Notes under the pieces: generated by a model | Told to the model about the DNA's origin: nothing | Database searches by the model: none | Seen by the model: only the letters and a program-made list of their open reading frames with translations | In this document: one piece after another, positions 8,703 to 17,450 of the stretch | Layout: each line of letters opens with the position of its first letter | Position numbering within the stretch: the first letter of the stretch is position 1 | Assembly: GCA_002084955.1 (NCBI GenBank) | Contig: MZGJ01000006.1 | Span: forward strand, 2,027 to 66,026 | Direction of reading: 5' to 3' | DNA: 64,000 bases | Source: a candidate division CPR3 bacterium 4484_211 | Lineage (GTDB): Bacteria; Patescibacteriota; 4484-211 | Program-made: the position numbers and the translations under genes

Positions 8703-9770
8703 ATGCGTCTGGCAATTAATGGATTCGGCCGTATTGGCCGGACAGTCTTAAAGGTAATTCTTTCCCGGGGCGCTTGGGGAAGGGTGAGGGTCAGCTCCCG
8801 CATTAATCATGATCGGCTGGAGCTGGCGGCGATAAACAGCCGCAGTGGGCTAAATGAAACTGTCCCCTATCTTTTTAAATACGATACAGTTTATGGCTCA
8901 TATCCGGCCGAGGTGGGGATTTCTCCCGATGGCGGGTCTTTGCGTATTGACGGCCGGGATTATCTTTTTTTGGCCGAATCTGATCCCGGGAAGCTGCCCT
9001 GGAAAAATTTGGGAGTGGATGTGGTTTTGGAATGCACCGGGGCCTTTACGGAGTTTAACAAAGCTCAGGCTCACCTAAGGGCCGGTGCCAAGAAGGTAAT
9101 TATTTCAGCTAATGGCAAGGGGGAGGGTTTAACTTTGGTGCAGGGCACCAAGGCTTTTGAGAAATTTTTGTCCCAAAAAGATAACTATCGCGTGATCTCC
9201 AATGCTTCCTGTACCACTAACTGCGCTTCTCCGATAATACAGCTTTTGCATGACCATTTTCATGTGCTTAAAGCGCAGATGATCACCGTTCATGCGGTAA
9301 CTTCTACACAGAGTTTGGTTGATGACGCTAATAAAAATTTGCGCCGGTCGCGGGCGGCTTTTCAATCAATTATTCCTCAGCCAACGGGGGCGGCGGTGGC
9401 GGTAACTAGGGTTATTCCAGAGCTGGAGGGTCGAGTGAGCGGTTCGGCTTTTCGGGTGCCGGTAATTTGCGGCTCGGTCTTGGAAATTGTTGCCCAGATA
9501 GAAAAAGAAACCACGGCGGAAGAAGTTAATCAAGTTTTTAAAACAGCGGCCGCCGGCGAGCTTAAAGGAATTATCGCTGTCAGCGATGGCGGGCTGGTTT
9601 CGTCTGATGTTATCGGGTCGCCGGCATCGGCTACCGTAGACCTTCCCTTAACAGAAGTTTTGGATCTCCCCCATGTGGTTGACGAAAATCTTATTAAGGT
9701 GGTGGCCTGGTATGATAACGAGTACGGTTATGCTTGCCGGCTGGTGGAACTGGCTCAGGCGGTGTTATGA
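8703..9770 (+). CDS. gap: Type I glyceraldehyde-3-phosphate dehydrogenase
   Basis: INGFGRIGR, SNASCTTNC, AWYDNEYGY. Confidence 0.95.
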   Translation: MRLAINGFGRIGRTVLKVILSRGAWGRVRVSSRINHDRLELAAINSRSGLNETVPYLFKYDTVYGSYPAEVGISPDGGSLRIDGRDYLFLAESDPGKLPWKNLGVDVVLECTGAFTEFNKAQAHLRAGAKKVIISANGKGEGLTLVQGTKAFEKFLSQKDNYRVISNASCTTNCASPIIQLLHDHFHVLKAQMITVHAVTSTQSLVDDANKNLRRSRAAFQSIIPQPTGAAVAVTRVIPELEGRVSGSAFRVPVICGSVLEIVAQIEKETTAEEVNQVFKTAAAGELKGIIAVSDGGLVSSDVIGSPASATVDLPLTEVLDLPHVVDENLIKVVAWYDNEYGYACRLVELAQAVL

Positions 9771-11641
9771 ACCCCATTCTTTCTTCCCTTAATCCTCAAC
9801 AACGAAAAGCGGCTCGATGCATCAACGGACCAAGTCTTATCTTGGCGGGCGCCGGGAGCGGCAAAACTAGGGTTTTAACCCACCGGGCTGCCTATCTTAT
9901 TGATCAGGGAGTCTCCCCGCGCAATATCCTTTTGATTACCTTTACCAATAAAGCCGCCAATGAGATGAAAGAGCGCGTTTTTCGTCTGGTAGATGTTCAC
10001 GAGAAACCGCATATGGGGACTTTTCATGCCACCTGTGCCCGCATTTTACGTCAGCAGGCGGCGCAGGTTGGTCTGCCTCCCAACTATCTTATTTATGACC
10101 AAGCGGATCAACTGGCCGTTGTTCGCCAAGCGATGAAAAAGTTAAAGTTATCGCCTAAGGAGGTTAACCCGGCGGCAGTTAGAGGGATGATTGCCTCGGC
10201 TAAATGTGAGTTGTTGTCGCCGAGCGACTACAGCCGTTTGGCGTACGGGCCTTACCAGAAAAAAACGGCCGAAATTTATCCGCTTTATCAAGAAATTATG
10301 TCCGAAAATGAGGCCCTGGATTTTGGGGATCTTTTAATGAAAACGGTTAATTTACTTAAGGCGAATCCTCAAGTTCGCCGGGTCTATCAGGACCTTTTTT
10401 TGTTTGTGATGGTAGATGAATATCAGGATACCAATAAAGCGCAGTATGAATTCACCAAATTGGTGGCGGGAGGCAGGAAAAACTTATGTGTTGTTGGTGA
10501 CTGCAGTCAGAGTATTTATGCTTTTCGCGGGGCTAATTTGGGAAATATTTTGCGTTTTAAAACTGATTTTCCTCAAGCTCGGGTTTTTAATTTAGACCAG
10601 AATTATCGTTCCACTCAGATTATTTTGGATGCGGCCACCGAGATTATTAAGCCCAATAAGTCGGTTCATCCCGTTTTGCATTTGTGGACAAAGAATAAAA
10701 AAGGAAGCCCAATTGTTGTTTATCGGGCAATTGACGAAATAGATGAAGCCTTGTTTGTTATCTACCAGATTCAAAAATTGCGCTCGGTGGATTTGGATGA
10801 GTTTGCGGTCTTGTACCGCACCAATGCGCAGTCCAGGGTTTTAGAGGAGGCCTTTCTGCAGGCTAAGATACCCTATCGGTTAATCGGGGGAGTTCATTTT
10901 TATGAACGCAGGGAAGTTAAGGATATTGTGGCCTATCTTAGGTACATCCTTAATCCCAAGGACTTGGTTAGTTTTAAGCGTATTGTTAATACCCCTCCCC
11001 GCGGCATTGGTCCGGTGACTCTAAAAAAGGGAGGAGATAGACTGGATAAATTCATCAGTTTGATTAAACAACTGCGGGCCGAAGCTCATAAAAGGAGCGT
11101 CTCTGATCTGCTGGATTATTTGCTGGCCGAGATTAAGTTTAAGGAATATTTGGATGATGGAACACGGGAAGGTTTCGCTCGGTGGGAGAATGTTTTAGAA
11201 TTGAAATCCCTGGCTCAAAGTTTTTTGGAATTGCCGCCGTGGGACTCGTTGGTTTCTTTTTTGGAAAATGTAGCTCTTATGGAAAAAACGGAGGTGGCCA
11301 GCTTTCAGAATCGGAATGAGGTGCTCCCCCAAAAAGTGCCGGCGGTAAATTTGATGACTCTCCATGCGGCCAAGGGGCTGGAGTTTACCACTGTGTTTAT
11401 TGTAGGGATGGAAGAGGGTTTACTGCCTCATATTCAGTCGATGATGGAAAAAGAGAAACTGGAAGAAGAACGGCGGTTGGCCTATGTGGGAATTACCCGA
11501 GCTAAAGAAAGGGTGTTTTTGGTGCATACACAAAGCCGTCTTTATTTTGGCCAGCGGAGAATTTTTCCTCCCTCGCGCTTTTTGGAAGACATCCCCGAAA
11601 AGCTGGTGGAGGTGGAGGGAGCCGGGACAGCGAGTGGGTAG
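9767..11641 (+). CDS. pcrA: UvrD/PcrA DNA helicase
   Basis: AGAGSGKT, VDEYQDTN, QNYRST, TLHAAKGLEF, EERRLAYVGITRA; ATGA overlap with gap. Confidence 0.95.
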   Translation: MNPILSSLNPQQRKAARCINGPSLILAGAGSGKTRVLTHRAAYLIDQGVSPRNILLITFTNKAANEMKERVFRLVDVHEKPHMGTFHATCARILRQQAAQVGLPPNYLIYDQADQLAVVRQAMKKLKLSPKEVNPAAVRGMIASAKCELLSPSDYSRLAYGPYQKKTAEIYPLYQEIMSENEALDFGDLLMKTVNLLKANPQVRRVYQDLFLFVMVDEYQDTNKAQYEFTKLVAGGRKNLCVVGDCSQSIYAFRGANLGNILRFKTDFPQARVFNLDQNYRSTQIILDAATEIIKPNKSVHPVLHLWTKNKKGSPIVVYRAIDEIDEALFVIYQIQKLRSVDLDEFAVLYRTNAQSRVLEEAFLQAKIPYRLIGGVHFYERREVKDIVAYLRYILNPKDLVSFKRIVNTPPRGIGPVTLKKGGDRLDKFISLIKQLRAEAHKRSVSDLLDYLLAEIKFKEYLDDGTREGFARWENVLELKSLAQSFLELPPWDSLVSFLENVALMEKTEVASFQNRNEVLPQKVPAVNLMTLHAAKGLEFTTVFIVGMEEGLLPHIQSMMEKEKLEEERRLAYVGITRAKERVFLVHTQSRLYFGQRRIFPPSRFLEDIPEKLVEVEGAGTASG

Positions 11642-11656
11642 GATTTTTGTCTAACA

Positions 11657-12367
11657 ATGCAGAAACTTATTAAATTCATCAGTTTATTGTCTTTAGCCGG
11701 TGGGGCAGTGGTTAACGGCCAGCTGTCTAATTCGCTTGCTAAGATGGATAATTTCCCTCAATATGTTGAGCCTGGTTTTTTTGCTTATCACAATATACCG
11801 GTAACCCGGTCAGTTTTCTCGCAAGAAAAACAGCTTGAGGAGGAGGTTATTCCTTTCGGGATTTCTTATGAAGACAGTGACAGATTGGAATGGGGGAAGC
11901 GGCAGTTAAAACAAAAGGGAGTTAATGGGCTTATCCGCCGCACCTATTTGATTTCCTTGTGGAGGGGGGAAGTTTATGACAAGCAATTGATGGAAAAGGA
12001 AGTTACTCCGCCTGTTCCCGAGATAGTTCTTAGGGGGACGAAAAAGGTACTTAGAAAACTAACCGTGCCCGAAGGAAGTTTTAGTTATTTTGCTCAAAAG
12101 AAGCTTTTTGCTACCTCCTATGATGGCCGATGTTTGGGGTGCAGCGGGCTTACCTATCTGGGGACGCCAGTGAGGCACGGAGTATGCGCCGTGGACCCCA
12201 AGGTAATTCCTTTGGGCAGTCTGCTTTATGTGGAGGGATATGGCTTGTGCCGTGCTGAGGATATTGGCGGGGCTGTTAAGGGAAATAGAATTGATCTGGG
12301 GTTTGAGGATGTTAGGACGGGCTTTTGGTCGGCTGGATGGACCAAGGTCTATTTACTAGTGGATTAG
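11657..12367 (+). CDS. Exported G5 + 3D domain protein (YabE/Sps-like muralytic enzyme)
   Basis: G5-like QKGVNG..RTY..PEIVLRGTK; 3D motifs AVDPKVIPLGS and AEDIGGAVKGNRIDL. Confidence 0.88.
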   Translation: MQKLIKFISLLSLAGGAVVNGQLSNSLAKMDNFPQYVEPGFFAYHNIPVTRSVFSQEKQLEEEVIPFGISYEDSDRLEWGKRQLKQKGVNGLIRRTYLISLWRGEVYDKQLMEKEVTPPVPEIVLRGTKKVLRKLTVPEGSFSYFAQKKLFATSYDGRCLGCSGLTYLGTPVRHGVCAVDPKVIPLGSLLYVEGYGLCRAEDIGGAVKGNRIDLGFEDVRTGFWSAGWTKVYLLVD

Positions 12368-12386
12368 GTCATGGTTGTTGGATTTT

Positions 12387-13949
12387 CTATTCGCGAGTTG
12401 CTTTTTGGGAAGCCTGCTCCTTTATTAGCGTGAGGAACGTAGTTGGGCTTGGCCCCAATTCTCCCTTGGGGAAAATCTCGGCTCTTTCTTTAAGTTTTTC
12501 TAGAAGGGAGTAAAGCGCATTCATATCAATATTGGGGAAATAGGTGGCTATTTTCAGAAGGGTCGCTTCCATTTCTTCGCTGGTTTTTCCGAGCCAAGAA
12601 AGTTGTAGGGGCGGAAGTTCCCATGTAGTTGTGCTTCTTGACAAGCCATTTTTAGTTTTGTCTTCTTGGACTATTATCTTAGCTGTGGGATTTTCTTTGG
12701 GTTCGGGCTCTCTGTGAATGGTTTCTGGAGTTTCTAGAGAAACTATGATTTTTTTCTTAACTTCGGGGTGCCTACGGTTTGGGGTGAATTGATATTGCTG
12801 AGGGCGGACGCCGGAGGCGATTTTCAGGTAGTCGGGGTGGGGTTCTTGATCTACTGTCTCCGCCCGAGACTTGAGTTTCTGGTGTATCTTGTTAATTGCT
12901 GTAAGTATTTCGGGGTCTTCCTCTAGGTAGCGTCGGGCCAGATGAGCTAAAAGTGATTCTTCAGGAACAGGCTCTCCCTTTTCAAATCTGGGTTTTAGAC
13001 GCCAGGGATTTTCTCCTTGGTGGAACAGCAAAGAAAAGTTAAAGAGTCCTTCCACCCCTTTTTCTTTTAGGATTTCTGCTATTTTTTCCAAAGCCGGCTC
13101 GGTGTCTCCTACCATTCTCATTTCTAAGGAAGTGCCAGGAGCAAGTGGAAATTCACGGTTTGGGATGTTTTCCCTTCTCATTTGGCGATATTGCACTAGC
13201 ATAAAATCTTTCCTCTGTTCTGGAGATTTGAAGGCGTAAGTAAAGCGGCTGTTGGGTTTTGGGAGTGATTCTGGCTCTTGGTAGTTATTGCCTAGGTGTA
13301 ACAAAGCTAGATTGACTTTGCCGCCGCGAGTCCGGTAAAGTTCCAGCTGGACTAGGCAATTATCAACTTCAAACGGCTGCGACACGGCTAGAACATTCTC
13401 TAGGTAATATTGAACAGCTTTCTCAACAATCCCCAGCTCTAACAAACGATTATTTGTTTCCCTCGCTAATGCCGTTGCAAAGGCCGAAAAATTCTTATCG
13501 CCAGAGGAGTGAACGGTTCTGAGAGCTTTTTCAATAATTTTTATGGAGGAGGCAAGATCCAAATGCTCAGCGGCAGATCTGACTGCGTCCAAAAGGCACA
13601 GTAATTGCTGGTTTAGTCCTTTATCTTCAGTATCTTGTACCAGCCATGGGGGAAGGTTAATCTGAAAGTTGTCGCCCTCAAGATTAGTACTGCCGTCCTT
13701 CTTCCGTGGGAATGCAACCAGGCGAATGCCTTCTAAGGCGGTAGGTTCTGACGGTATCTTGCATTTGCCGACAAAAAGAATCCACGGCTTTCCTGTTCCG
13801 TCTCTAATTTTGTTGGAATAAACTATTCCATCTAATTCTGGGAAAAAACGTGATTCGATTACCTCAAGTTCATCTGGTTCGCTTGGTTCATCCGGGAGCC
13901 TTGTATCTGGCCCGTGAGGGGCGGGGAAGAAAGCTGGATGTTTTGACAT
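12387..13949 (-). CDS. Large hypothetical protein
   Basis: Long open frame (about 520 aa from ATG 13949); no motif recognised. Confidence 0.65.
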   Translation of the reverse strand: MSKHPAFFPAPHGPDTRLPDEPSEPDELEVIESRFFPELDGIVYSNKIRDGTGKPWILFVGKCKIPSEPTALEGIRLVAFPRKKDGSTNLEGDNFQINLPPWLVQDTEDKGLNQQLLCLLDAVRSAAEHLDLASSIKIIEKALRTVHSSGDKNFSAFATALARETNNRLLELGIVEKAVQYYLENVLAVSQPFEVDNCLVQLELYRTRGGKVNLALLHLGNNYQEPESLPKPNSRFTYAFKSPEQRKDFMLVQYRQMRRENIPNREFPLAPGTSLEMRMVGDTEPALEKIAEILKEKGVEGLFNFSLLFHQGENPWRLKPRFEKGEPVPEESLLAHLARRYLEEDPEILTAINKIHQKLKSRAETVDQEPHPDYLKIASGVRPQQYQFTPNRRHPEVKKKIIVSLETPETIHREPEPKENPTAKIIVQEDKTKNGLSRSTTTWELPPLQLSWLGKTSEEMEATLLKIATYFPNIDMNALYSLLEKLKERAEIFPKGELGPSPTTFLTLIKEQASQKATRE

Positions 13950-14017
13950 TGCTCTTGAAAATAGATTAATGCTTAGACTTACCGCGTGTTGGCAGGCACC
14001 GCGGGAGAAAAGCAAGG

Positions 14018-14743
14018 CTACTTTTTATTTGTTGCCATTATAACTACTTTAAAGATCTGTCTGGTAATCATTACTACCATAGCAAAAAGAAGTGAAATTG
14101 TAAAGAAGAGTTCCTGGCCTGAGGGAATGCGGTAGGTAATAAAAAAGGCGGCCAGCGGGGCAAAGATAACCATAAGCCAATCTTCTTTGGTTGGCGGAAA
14201 GTCGGAAAAAATTATTCCCAGGAGCTCGGCCGGTATGGTTAAAAGAGCGGAGACCGCGTTAAACCAGGGGTTGGGCTCGGTGAGTTCTATTCCTCCCAGT
14301 AATTTTAGATTAAGAGGGGTGGCCGGTTTAGGTACAAAGGAGTAGAGAAGGTCTAGGTCATCGCCTTTTAGTCCGGTTTTAAAAACTCGGTAGAGGATTA
14401 AAAAGTAGCAGATATAGACGGCGTAGCTAAAATATCGGGACCAAATTACCTTTCGGTGCACCCGGATGAGTTTATCCTTTTCTTTTTTGATGCGGATAGG
14501 GTATCCGGCAAAGGTTTCTTCTATCCTCTTTAGCCCGTTGAGTAGTTCCTGCTTTTCTTCTTCACTACTTTCCCCTCTGGCTGATAGGGGCAAGAGACAA
14601 ATGTTTATAAAGATGGTGAAGATAATCAGAGCCAGTCCCATGTCCGGCCCCCAGGGAAGCCATTGGTAGAAAAGAACCAGCGCGTTTAAGAATGGCCGGT
14701 AGATGATATTGGTGATGATAAAATTAAATGCAGAAGTGAGCAT
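14018..14743 (-). CDS. YidC/Oxa1 family insertase-like protein (short CPR type)
   Basis: IIYRPFLNALV, DMGLALIIFT..LLPL, coiled segment, LYSFVPKP, C-terminal TMs. Confidence 0.75.
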   Translation of the reverse strand: MLTSAFNFIITNIIYRPFLNALVLFYQWLPWGPDMGLALIIFTIFINICLLPLSARGESSEEEKQELLNGLKRIEETFAGYPIRIKKEKDKLIRVHRKVIWSRYFSYAVYICYFLILYRVFKTGLKGDDLDLLYSFVPKPATPLNLKLLGGIELTEPNPWFNAVSALLTIPAELLGIIFSDFPPTKEDWLMVIFAPLAAFFITYRIPSGQELFFTISLLFAMVVMITRQIFKVVIMATNKK

Positions 14744-15626
14744 GAAAAAAGTTCAAAATTACAATTCAAAATTCACAATTAGAAAAACACGGGAGGTGGC
14801 ACCCAAACATATTTTATCACTTAAGCAGGTTAAACCAAAGAAATCGTGGGGGCAGCATTTTTTGGTTAGCCAAGAGGTCCTGCGGGATCTGCTGGCGGCG
14901 GCCGAGCTTGAACCGCAGGATACGGTTTTAGAGATTGGTGCCGGCACCGGCGTTATCACCGTGGAATTGGCCAGACGAGTGAAAAGAGTGATCGCAGTGG
15001 AAAAAGATCCCAGACTAGCTGCTATTCTTAGAGAGGAACTGCATGCGCACAGCGTGGATAATGTACAGATTGTTAATCAAGACATTCTTAAATTGCAAAT
15101 GTCAGATAATAAATATCAAATTAATGCCGAATGTCAAACGACGGGTGTCCAAGTTAAATGTGATAAGATTCTTGGGGCTATTCCCTATCAGATTACCTCT
15201 CCGTTGATTCATAAGCTATTAAAAGAGCTGCCCCCCAACTTACTTATTGTTCTTGTCATCCAAAATGAGGTTGCGGAAAAAATTGCCGCCCAGCCGCCAG
15301 AAGCTACCTATTTAAGCAACTTCGTTTCCGCGCTGGCGAAGGTAAAGCTGGTGGGAGGACCGGTTGCCCCCTCATCCTTCCGTCCGCCGCCGAGGATAAA
15401 ATCAAGGATAATAAAACTGGTAACAAGAAATGAGGAACGAGTGAGGAGAGAGGAAATTCAGAGATTTGAGGACTTTTTGCATAAAGGATTTTCCCGTCCC
15501 AGGAAGATGTTGAAAAATGTCTTTGATGAGGGTCTGCTTAGGAAAGCGGGCATTGACCCCTCTTCTCGGCCCCAGGAACTGACATTGGAAGAATGGCTCC
15601 TGCTTAATAGGGGTGGTTCTTCTTAA
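14742..15626 (+). CDS. rsmA: 16S rRNA dimethyltransferase KsgA/RsmA (start uncertain)
   Basis: KKSWGQHFL, VLEIGAGTG, AVEKD, IPYQITSP, FRPPP, RPQELTLEEW. Confidence 0.93.
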   Translation: MKKVQNYNSKFTIRKTREVAPKHILSLKQVKPKKSWGQHFLVSQEVLRDLLAAAELEPQDTVLEIGAGTGVITVELARRVKRVIAVEKDPRLAAILREELHAHSVDNVQIVNQDILKLQMSDNKYQINAECQTTGVQVKCDKILGAIPYQITSPLIHKLLKELPPNLLIVLVIQNEVAEKIAAQPPEATYLSNFVSALAKVKLVGGPVAPSSFRPPPRIKSRIIKLVTRNEERVRREEIQRFEDFLHKGFSRPRKMLKNVFDEGLLRKAGIDPSSRPQELTLEEWLLLNRGGSS

Positions 15627-16302
15627 TTTTTTTCCTCTGCAGATGGTAGATAATAAATGAGAAGATAATGGTGGCCAGATAGCCGAGTAAGGTAATGAAA
15701 GTTAAATTGCGGGCGGCGATGGCTAATTTGCTGTTTAAGGCTTGATGGATAAAATAGAAATTGACCACGGCCCAGGGCAGAAAGGCGATGGTGTTAATAA
15801 GGAAATAGGTAGGGAATTTAAGACTGGTTAAACCCAGAGCGTAGGAAACATAATCGGTGGCCGCGCCTCCGATGAGCCGGATAATAAAGATGGTTTTTAT
15901 CCCGGCCAAATTGGTAAATTTGTCAATTTGCGCTAGTCCTTTTTGCCCCACGAATTTAGCTATCAGGGTGCGCCCCCAGTGTTTGGCAATTAAGAAATTT
16001 AGGGAATGACCAAGAAGATTAGCACTGTAGATACAGCCGAAGGCAACCGCCGAAGGAAAGATTAAGATCCCGGCGATCCAGAAGGGAAGGGCGGCAATTG
16101 GTGAAAAGACATTGGTGGAAGCGGTAAGCAGAATGTAAATGAGGGGGGCGGCAATTCCGAATTTTTGGACTAAATCTTTAATGCCTTCGACGGTAATATG
16201 CTGGCCAATGATTTTAAGGAGGAAAGTTAATCCAATGAGGAGGAATACGATTAGAAGAATCTTTAAGAAATTGGTGCTTTTTTGCGGAGAAAAGTGAATC
16301 AT
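15604..16302 (-). CDS. TVP38/TMEM64 (DedA/VTT) family membrane protein
   Basis: FSPIAALP, LNFLIAKHWGR, IIRL..DYVSYALGLTSLKF. Confidence 0.85.
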   Translation of the reverse strand: MIHFSPQKSTNFLKILLIVFLLIGLTFLLKIIGQHITVEGIKDLVQKFGIAAPLIYILLTASTNVFSPIAALPFWIAGILIFPSAVAFGCIYSANLLGHSLNFLIAKHWGRTLIAKFVGQKGLAQIDKFTNLAGIKTIFIIRLIGGAATDYVSYALGLTSLKFPTYFLINTIAFLPWAVVNFYFIHQALNSKLAIAARNLTFITLLGYLATIIFSFIIYHLQRKKIKKNHPY

Positions 16303-16972
16303 ACTCTTGTTTATTAAATATGGGCGGGTCATAAATACTTCTAGTGGTTGCAGTAGCGCAATTTTGGATTCGCCGCCGAATTGCAGGTTTTGCTTATTGT
16401 GCGCACAGATTGCGGACTAACTGCAGTGCCATTCGGCACACGGTGAGAGTCCGCTATTGTAAGTAAGGTAAGCATTGCGTCCCAATCATATTAAATCATA
16501 AAAACATCAAATCATAAAATGTGAAATTCCACTGTCCCGGGAGCGGCGGTTTCTCCAAGCTGTTAGCCACGCCCTTGTTAATACAGCTTTCTGATTCCTG
16601 GGTAGAAAAACTTAAGACGCAAAGTTGCAACCGGAAGCTGAAGAAAATCTTTAGTTTTAATTCTGTAATTTTGGAAGTGAGGATAGGCCATAAGTGTCCA
16701 ACTCAGCCATAATGACAATAATCAAGCACCAAATTACAAACAAATTCAGAATTCAGAATCCAGAATTCAGAATTCAAATGACCAAAACCTTCCCATGTTT
16801 AGAATTTAGAAAATTGTCATTTGGATTTGGTTTGACATTGGGCATTTTTAATTTGATATTTTACGAATTCACTCCTTAGAGAGAGGCGGCTCCTAGCCCT
16901 GCTGCCTACCACATTACTACATTACTACATTACTACGCTGCTGCACTGCTACCATCCCCAAAAACTTTTAGT

Positions 16973-17068
16973 ATGATAGACTAGTCTATCATATATGTAC
17001 GTTTTGGCTTGTGTATAAGCAAGTCTTAAAAGCAAGGTTAGATTTAGTATGATAAACTAGTCTATCAT
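16973..17068. repeat. Palindrome-P pair 1 (16973-16992, 17049-17068; period 76)
   Basis: ATGATAGACTAGTCTATCAT and ATGATAAACTAGTCTATCAT. Confidence 0.95.
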
Positions 17069-17127
17069 CACTGAGATTGTTTTAATGGAGTTTGGTTTTA
17101 GCATTTTTAGCATGTTTTTCCTTTGGA

Positions 17128-17361
17128 GGATGGATTGCAAATATCCAACTTAATTGTAATAGCGCACTCTTGCCGTGTACCCTTGCGGCACTGCAGTTAG
17201 TGCGCGACTAGAAGGGGTGACACCCTCTTTGAGGGTGTCACCCCATTCAAATAATTATCACTGCGGCCGGTGTGTGCTCTGATCGCAGACTAACCGCAGT
17301 ACCATTCGGTGCATGGCAAGAGTTTGCTGTTACGGTTAAATTTTGAGATTATGTTCTGGCC
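17128..17361. mobile_element. MITE-like element A, full copy with central 14-bp perfect hairpin (17214-17244)
   Basis: Inverted arms GTAATAGC..CTTGCCGTGTACC / GGTGCATGGCAAGAG..GCTGTTAC around GGGGTGACACCCTC-TTT-GAGGGTGTCACCCC. Confidence 0.75.
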
Positions 17362-17450
17362 GTTTTAAAAATAGGTGCCTGGTAATTGGAGTTTGCTGAG
17401 GTGAATGCTAAATCCTAAAAGTGTAAAACTTTTATGGTAGAATTCTTTAT

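Larger units (their letters stand above)
16322..17361. repeat. About 1-kb composite intergenic mosaic (MITE arms, heptamer element, ACATTACT tandem, palindrome-P pair, full MITE)
   Basis: 16410-17160 aligns by eye with the reverse complement of 33890-34375 apart from an about 210-bp insertion. Confidence 0.8.

Noticed and set aside
7839-9770. Alternative genetic code (TGA as Gly) as in Gracilibacteria/Absconditabacteria
   Set aside because: trxB, gap and secF end at TGA at their expected C-termini, two of them with ATGA coupling.
14741-14744. Overlapping divergent start codons (CATG) of the yidC-like gene and rsmA
   Set aside because: The rsmA start is uncertain; its first codons are heptamer-like repeat DNA and a later start is plausible.
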